From positions 450,001-482,000 of the forward strand of contig NC_010163.1 in the NCBI RefSeq assembly GCF_000018785.1: a stretch of 32,000 nt of DNA, read 5' to 3'. Positions 27,001-32,000 of the stretch are shown here, piece after piece. This DNA is from Acholeplasma laidlawii PG-8A (GTDB lineage: Bacteria; Bacillota_I; Bacilli_A; Acholeplasmatales; Acholeplasmataceae). The notes below the pieces were generated by a model. That model made no database searches and was not told the DNA's origin. It was given only the letters and a program-made list of their open reading frames with translations. The first letter of the stretch is position 1. The number at the start of each line of letters is the position of its first letter. The position numbers and the translations under genes were made by a program.

Positions 27001-27015
27001 TTAAAATAATTATAA
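27001..27015. promoter_or_regulatory. Second Per-box-like site TTAAAATAATTATAA (14/15)
   Basis: One mismatch to the 7-1-7 consensus. Its centre is 31 bp from the first box. Confidence 0.4.
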
Positions 27016-27075
27016 ATTGGTAATTTTTACTTATAAAAAGTATAATTAAGAAACTCAAAAAAGGGATGGAAATAT

Positions 27076-27104
27076 TTGATTATCGCTTAGGCATATGATA
27101 CAAT
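27076..27104 (+). promoter_or_regulatory. Promoter of tRNA-Val
   Basis: TTGATT (27076-27081), 17-nt spacer, TACAAT (27099-27104) with an upstream TG (extended -10). Confidence 0.65.
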
Positions 27105-27126
27105 ACTATTGCGTCAAAATTTCAAC

Positions 27127-27201
27127 GCACAATTAGCTCAGCGGGAGAGCACCTGCTTGACGTGCAGGGGGTCACAAGTTCAATCCTTGTATTGTGCACC
27201 A
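27127..27201 (+). tRNA. tRNA-Val (anticodon GAC), CCA encoded
   Basis: Acceptor GCACAAT/ATTGTGC, D-arm TAGCTCAGCGGGAGAGCA, anticodon stem CCTGC/GCAGG with loop TTGACGT, T-arm ACAAG-TTCAATC-CTTGT, A discriminator plus CCA. 75 nt. Confidence 0.93.
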
Positions 27202-27215
27202 TGTTAACATTGATT

Positions 27216-27246
27216 AGAGATTCTTCTGCGAGAGTCTCTTTTTTTA
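27216..27246 (+). terminator. Rho-independent terminator after tRNA-Val
   Basis: agagattct / agagtctct stem (one G-U pair) followed by T7. Confidence 0.7.
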
Positions 27247-27340
27247 ATCCTAAAACATTAATTAACAAAAAACTATATAAAAGATATATAATAAAGGTGA
27301 TTTATCGGTTACCTAATTTATATTAAGGGGAGGACTTCAT

Positions 27341-27481
27341 ATGGAAGGTTTTGATGTAAGTCTAGTTCCAACTATTTTCTTGGCATTTCAAGGCATTGTG
27401 ATTGGACTATTTGTTTTGGTACACATATTTCTAGGTAGAAAAAGAGGTGTTGTTAAAACGTTCCTGGTTTTTTATTGGTGA
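27341..27481 (+). CDS. 5' fragment (first TM helix, CvpA-like N-terminus) of the giant downstream gene, separated by a frameshift
   Basis: Strong SD AAGGGGAGGA (27325-27334) precedes ATG 27341. The 46 aa MEGFDVSLVPTIFLAFQGIVIGLFVLVHIFLGRKRGVVKTFLVFYW overlap the 5' end of the 27447 ORF and run into it if the T6 run at 27468-27473 is read as T5. Confidence 0.6.
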   Translation: MEGFDVSLVPTIFLAFQGIVIGLFVLVHIFLGRKRGVVKTFLVFYW

Positions 27482-30400
27482 AATTATTTTAGTATTTGTT
27501 TTACTTTGGGGATTAGGATTATTCCAAACAAACGATTGGGTAACAGAAGCAATGGTACGTCAGTACATCTCCTTGATACCTTTTGGTAATGAACAACTTG
27601 TTGAATACATGGATGAGATTGTAGCTAGTGGTATGTTACCTCTTGTTTTAGCAATTGTCGATTTAAGTATTAAAATGAGTATCTTCATTGTCTTTTATAC
27701 AATCCTAAGAGCTATATTTAAGTGGATCTTGTTTGGTATACCTTGGTTAATATTTATTAAACCGATTGTTAAGGATAAAGAAAAGAATAAATTTTTAGGC
27801 GGTATCGTAGGTATTTTTAGAGGTGCCTTTGCTGGATTTTTCTTAATCTTTCCTGTCTTAATCATCATTAATACAGTAGTTGGTGAGGGTGTTGAGTTAG
27901 ATAATCCCGAATACAATGATATTGCCCAAGCAGTATCACAAGCAAATCAATATAACTTTGTTAAATATATTAATGATGCGACTAAAGTTAATGATGTTGG
28001 TCTAGCAGATTTCATGTTTGACCTAGCCTTTAAATCTAAAGTCAATGATGACGAAATGATTGTTTGGCGTGTCGAATTAAAATGGATTGCTGAAGCAGGT
28101 AAAGTAGCACTACCTTATATATTAGATGAAAATTCGGAAATGGAAATCACTTTAGCTGAAATCACTAAATTCGAAGGTGCTTTTACCGCGTTTTCTAATT
28201 CTCAACTCTTAAACTCAAGTGTCAAACCAATGATGAAATTTGCTATCCTTGTTGCATCAGAACAAGAAGGATTTGATTTCTTATCAGAAACAGAAATTGC
28301 TGATTTGATTACACAAATCGATGGTGTAGATATTGATTTATCAAACGATGTCAATGAAGTATATCTTGCAGCTAAAGAATTATTAACCATACAAGATTAT
28401 GCACAATGGCAAGCATCGCTTGAAAATATCGGTTTAATCGCAAACTTTGATAGCGATGATCAAGACTTATTTATAAGTGCATTAAATAGATTAGTTACCC
28501 TTGATTTACTTAAACTAGCAGATCCTGTTTTATCTGTAGGTATGTATGATCAATCTATCGTTGATCAAATTACTTGGTTAGAAACCAATGAAGAAAAAGT
28601 AGAACTACTGAATAGCGTTCGTGCAAAATTAAATGCTTATGAAGGTGAATTTGTCTCAACAACTTTAAACGAACTTGTTGGATTATTTGAGACAACATTC
28701 TACAGTTTCCCAGGTATTGATCTTGATGGTGATGGTACAACGGATGTTGAACTATCTGAATTAATAGAAAACATGGAAGACTTAAGTATTATATTGAATA
28801 AAGATCCACAATATCATACTTGGTTTAAAGAAGTATTAGATGGTGTTGGTTCATTATCTGTGATTGACGTATTTATGGAACCACTCATGGGTATTGCTTA
28901 CAGTCAAATAGCTGGTCAAGATGAAATGTTTGATGAAACAGAATTAGCATTATTAAAAGATATTATAGAAACTAACTTTAGCGATAGTGATGACTTAGCA
29001 AGAGAACTAACTTGGATTGCTGATGTTTATTATGCAATTGGTAGTTTAGAAGTAGGCGAATTATTAAAAGCTGGTGAAACACCAATTGTCATTATGGACA
29101 CATTACTTGTTGATAATGATGGTCAACTGCTATTTAAAGAAATGGTAGATACCTTCTTAGAAGGTCAAACAATTAGTGCTTTAACAAATCAAATGAGTAG
29201 TGCACTTATTAGAAAATATGTCACTGAACCAGTGACATTAGCTGAACCACTCAACCGTGCAGCAGCAATTTCTTCATTTAATTTTAATACTGAAATTAAT
29301 GTACTACTAGATGTCTTATTCGGTCTATATGATGAAGGTATGACACTTGAAGCAGCAATGAGTACAGAAGAAGACTCTAATATGCTAGAAACATTATTAC
29401 CTTCCATCATTACTTATATTAGAGATGAAGCACAAAAAACTAAGTTATTATCATCTAACATCCTATATTCATTCTTAGATTATAACTTATCAAGTATCCC
29501 AATGCTTGAAATGCCTGAAGTGATTTATGAAACAGAAGGTATGTATGAAGGTTGGATTAAAAAGACAGAATTATCTAACCTGTTATCTGTTATCGATGGT
29601 TTATTAACTGAAATGGAATCTCATGATATGGGCATCCAAGATCTCTTGGGTGGTATGGAATCTATGAATGATTTCTTCCCTGTGATTAAAGGCTATGCAA
29701 GTAGTGAAGAAAATAGAGATACACTCTTATCATCTGATATCATTTATAAGACAATAGATGACTTGATTCAAGGTATTGATTTAATTACAATCCCAGAAAA
29801 TGCAGTTGTTACTGATGTCAACTCACCATATTTTGAATGGACAGATCGTATTGAACTTAAAAAGATATTAGAAGCAATTGTAATTATGAATGTCGATGTA
29901 CCTCAAGAAGGCGAGCAAATGAACTTAGATGCTATTACAGGTGAACAGATTAATGATGTAATCCTTGTAGAATCTAAAGTCATGACAAGACTACTTACAA
30001 CCTATATTAAAGATGCAAATATATTTGATATCCCTGAAGTAGCTTATGAAACAAATGAAGCACTAGACCTTAAACAAACAGAACTTGAAGCGTTAGGTAA
30101 TTTATTGGTTGATTTAAACCTTACATTAGGGGACTTAATTGGTGGTGGCGCTGGTAACTTACTAGATAGTTATTATGTAAGTGACCTAACAAGCTTAGAT
30201 TATAGTCAATCCTATCTAATTAAAGGATTTATTACCCACGGTATTAAAACCGGTATTGGCACACCGCATACACTTGCACTTGATACAACATACCCAGAAG
30301 TTTTAAGTAATACTGAAATCGGTGAATTATTCAACATCTTAAATGCATTAGATACTATACCATCCATGACTGTACAAGGATTAATGGATACACTGGATCC

Positions 30401-31880
30401 AACCGTTTTAACCTATGAACAAACATCTGATATCATTAATAGTGGAGACTCTATCGTTATTAGATCTTTATTTAGTGATAATTTATTAGGTACTCAAATC
30501 ATTAGTGACCTAACACTTCAAGATGTAGCATATCATGATAATAATGGTACCTATGTATATGATTTAATTAGTTACAATGAAATGAAAAAATTAGTCGATG
30601 CACTTGCTAACTTATTTGAACCAACAGATGTTGTTGTTGACTCTGTTACAAACCTAGATACAGATACATTAACCATTCATAATATGATGCTCATGCATCA
30701 AGAAACATCTAGTATCATCCGCACATTAATGAGTGATTCTATTATTGGGTTTGCAACACCTCAAAGAATCTCTGATGATGCTTATGATCTAATGGCACCA
30801 GGTGATTTAACTTACGTAGAATTAACTAATTTCTTAAATGCGATCGCTGTATTAGATTCTACATATAATGATGGTGACTTAAATAATGACTTACCAGTAA
30901 CAGATTTAGTGGATACATTAGCAGGTACTGTAGGTCAACTTAAACTTGGACAAATGCAAAGTATGCATCAAGAAGGCTCACTGATTATGCAAAAATTCAT
31001 GTCAGAAGGTATTATCACAGCTGTACAAAGACCAAATGTTAGAGATGATGCATTTAGTGACCTAACAATGGAAATGGTTGATCACAGTGAAATTACGAAG
31101 TTACTCCTATCACTTAATGATATTGCATTATCTATGCATGCAAATGATCAAAACTTAGCTGATGATGAAACAATTACCAATGTAGTATCTAACATCTCAA
31201 CAAACCTAGAAACAGCACTGATTCGTACAATAGCTACAAGAGAATCTATTATTGTTTATAGAAAAGTAACAAATGCAATCAATTCAAGCCTACCAGTTGC
31301 AATACCTACACTAGCACTACAAAACCATGCATATACAGGTGATGATATTACATCGACTGAACTTGTTAACTTGACTTACGCGCTTGAAGACTTTGGCTTT
31401 ACAAATATTGATACATCGCTAGTTGACTCCGGGGCATCTGATTTATTAAATGTAAAAGATGCATTAACTAGAAACTCTTATATTATAGATAGAATGATTT
31501 CAGATGCTGTAACTACTGCAGGTTTAGATACTGTAGAATCTCATACTGGTATGGAAGATCCACTAATTGATATTCAAAAAGATGAACTTACAAATTTAGT
31601 AGACGCGTTTATTGCATTTGGTATTAGTGATATCAATAATGCTACAAGTACAAGCATGGCTACATTATATGCAAGTGCTCAAGCAATGAATGAAACCGAA
31701 TTTAACGCTTATATCGATTTTGTTGAACCGTATGATCCATTAACAGAAGATCTCGGATTAACTATCGTTAAAGACTTCTTGATTGCTAAACTAGATAACC
31801 AAATTCCAGATCCGTTTAACTTCCCAAATAATATCTCAGTTACAAACCGTCAAGAACTACATGATTTAATTTACCCATAA
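27447..31880 (+). CDS. Giant acidic protein: CvpA-like 4-TM N-terminal anchor plus a roughly 1300-aa helical repeat-rich extracytoplasmic region
   Basis: 1477-aa ORF. N-terminal TM helices with GIFRGAFAGFFLIFPVLII, as in CvpA (colicin V production) family proteins. The remainder is D/E/T/L-rich with recurring [ST]E[LI]xxL..A[LI] and S.I[IL] motifs. The GTG at 27447 has no usable SD spacing, so the real start is probably 27341. Confidence 0.75.
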   Translation: MLLKRSWFFIGEIILVFVLLWGLGLFQTNDWVTEAMVRQYISLIPFGNEQLVEYMDEIVASGMLPLVLAIVDLSIKMSIFIVFYTILRAIFKWILFGIPWLIFIKPIVKDKEKNKFLGGIVGIFRGAFAGFFLIFPVLIIINTVVGEGVELDNPEYNDIAQAVSQANQYNFVKYINDATKVNDVGLADFMFDLAFKSKVNDDEMIVWRVELKWIAEAGKVALPYILDENSEMEITLAEITKFEGAFTAFSNSQLLNSSVKPMMKFAILVASEQEGFDFLSETEIADLITQIDGVDIDLSNDVNEVYLAAKELLTIQDYAQWQASLENIGLIANFDSDDQDLFISALNRLVTLDLLKLADPVLSVGMYDQSIVDQITWLETNEEKVELLNSVRAKLNAYEGEFVSTTLNELVGLFETTFYSFPGIDLDGDGTTDVELSELIENMEDLSIILNKDPQYHTWFKEVLDGVGSLSVIDVFMEPLMGIAYSQIAGQDEMFDETELALLKDIIETNFSDSDDLARELTWIADVYYAIGSLEVGELLKAGETPIVIMDTLLVDNDGQLLFKEMVDTFLEGQTISALTNQMSSALIRKYVTEPVTLAEPLNRAAAISSFNFNTEINVLLDVLFGLYDEGMTLEAAMSTEEDSNMLETLLPSIITYIRDEAQKTKLLSSNILYSFLDYNLSSIPMLEMPEVIYETEGMYEGWIKKTELSNLLSVIDGLLTEMESHDMGIQDLLGGMESMNDFFPVIKGYASSEENRDTLLSSDIIYKTIDDLIQGIDLITIPENAVVTDVNSPYFEWTDRIELKKILEAIVIMNVDVPQEGEQMNLDAITGEQINDVILVESKVMTRLLTTYIKDANIFDIPEVAYETNEALDLKQTELEALGNLLVDLNLTLGDLIGGGAGNLLDSYYVSDLTSLDYSQSYLIKGFITHGIKTGIGTPHTLALDTTYPEVLSNTEIGELFNILNALDTIPSMTVQGLMDTLDPTVLTYEQTSDIINSGDSIVIRSLFSDNLLGTQIISDLTLQDVAYHDNNGTYVYDLISYNEMKKLVDALANLFEPTDVVVDSVTNLDTDTLTIHNMMLMHQETSSIIRTLMSDSIIGFATPQRISDDAYDLMAPGDLTYVELTNFLNAIAVLDSTYNDGDLNNDLPVTDLVDTLAGTVGQLKLGQMQSMHQEGSLIMQKFMSEGIITAVQRPNVRDDAFSDLTMEMVDHSEITKLLLSLNDIALSMHANDQNLADDETITNVVSNISTNLETALIRTIATRESIIVYRKVTNAINSSLPVAIPTLALQNHAYTGDDITSTELVNLTYALEDFGFTNIDTSLVDSGASDLLNVKDALTRNSYIIDRMISDAVTTAGLDTVESHTGMEDPLIDIQKDELTNLVDAFIAFGISDINNATSTSMATLYASAQAMNETEFNAYIDFVEPYDPLTEDLGLTIVKDFLIAKLDNQIPDPFNFPNNISVTNRQELHDLIYP
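29394..31644 (+). repeat. About 9 degenerate tandem protein modules (77-92 aa each) within the giant ORF
   Basis: Motif A sits at aa 668, 760, 843, 920, 1000, 1087, 1176, 1265 and 1343 (LLSSNILYSFLD, LLSSDIIYKTID, VMTRLLTTYIKD, SYLIKGFITHGI, SIVIRSLFSDNL, SIIRTLMSDSII, SLIMQKFMSEGI, SIIVYRKVTNAI, SYIIDRMISDAV). Motif B alternates at aa 706, 802, 878, 956, 1044, 1124, 1214, 1303 and 1380 (TELSNLLSVIDGL, IELKKILEAIVIM, TELEALGNLLVDL, TEIGELFNILNAL, NEMKKLVDALANL, VELTNFLNAIAVL, SEITKLLLSLNDI, TELVNLTYALEDF, DELTNLVDAFIAF). Confidence 0.7.
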
Positions 31881-31894
31881 AAATTTAAGTACTT

Positions 31895-31926
31895 ACAAAC
31901 CCAGAAGAAACTCATTCTGGGTTTGT
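31895..31926 (+). terminator. Terminator hairpin after the giant ORF
   Basis: Perfect 12-bp stem acaaacccagaa / ttctgggtttgt. The T-tail is weak. Confidence 0.6.
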
Positions 31927-32000
31927 ATCTACGTCATAAGAGTAACATTGAATAAAAAATAATGTATAATAGAACTATGAAAGGTAGGGGATGTGTATGA

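Noticed and set aside
1-32000. CRISPR arrays, IS elements, rRNA genes, prophage genes
   Set aside because: I saw no regularly spaced direct repeats, no transposase, integrase or phage-structural motifs, and no rRNA-like GC-rich blocks. The only GC-rich islands are the two tRNAs.

Overview
This is an AT-rich (about 30% GC by eye), densely coding segment. It uses the standard genetic code, since TGA acts as a stop, and looks like a low-GC Firmicutes or Acholeplasma-like chromosome. All calls rest on motif reading and gene context only; no HMM or BLAST was possible.

Gene content in order:
- 3' end of a PTS EIIA-type gene, a DsbA-like protein lacking CxxC, and a DeaD-type DEAD-box helicase.
- A translationally coupled three-gene SMC-like operon (457, 212 and 1088 aa) that matches JetA-JetB-JetC / MksF-MksE-MksB in size and order. 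It has no JetD/MksG nuclease gene.
- A canonical PTS Enzyme I gene (ptsI) 5 nt after the SMC-like operon, then tRNA-Ser(GGA) 11 nt after ptsI.
- An HTH-Fic (class II, autoinhibited) gene with two perfect 24-bp operator repeats bracketing a consensus promoter, followed by a small DUF5071-like gene.
- A RumA/RlmCD-type methyltransferase and two uncharacterised ORFs.
- A ClC channel gene split by a 1-nt frameshift.
- A membrane-tethered XRE regulator, a GNAT, a membrane GGDEF, a GH13 glycosidase (minus strand), a vWA lipoprotein, a 371-aa GNAT-like protein and a second membrane GGDEF.
- An SPC-type (PIB-4) P-type ATPase (minus strand) preceded by a perfect PerR-type 7-1-7 box.
- tRNA-Val(GAC).
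- A roughly 1500-aa acidic protein with a CvpA-like membrane anchor and about 9 degenerate tandem modules. Its 5' end is split at a T6 run.

I saw no transposase, integrase, CRISPR array or rRNA.

The most interesting candidates are the nuclease-less JetABC-like operon joined to ptsI and tRNA-Ser, the giant CvpA-anchored repeat protein, and the dual-operator HTH-Fic module next to tRNA-Ser.
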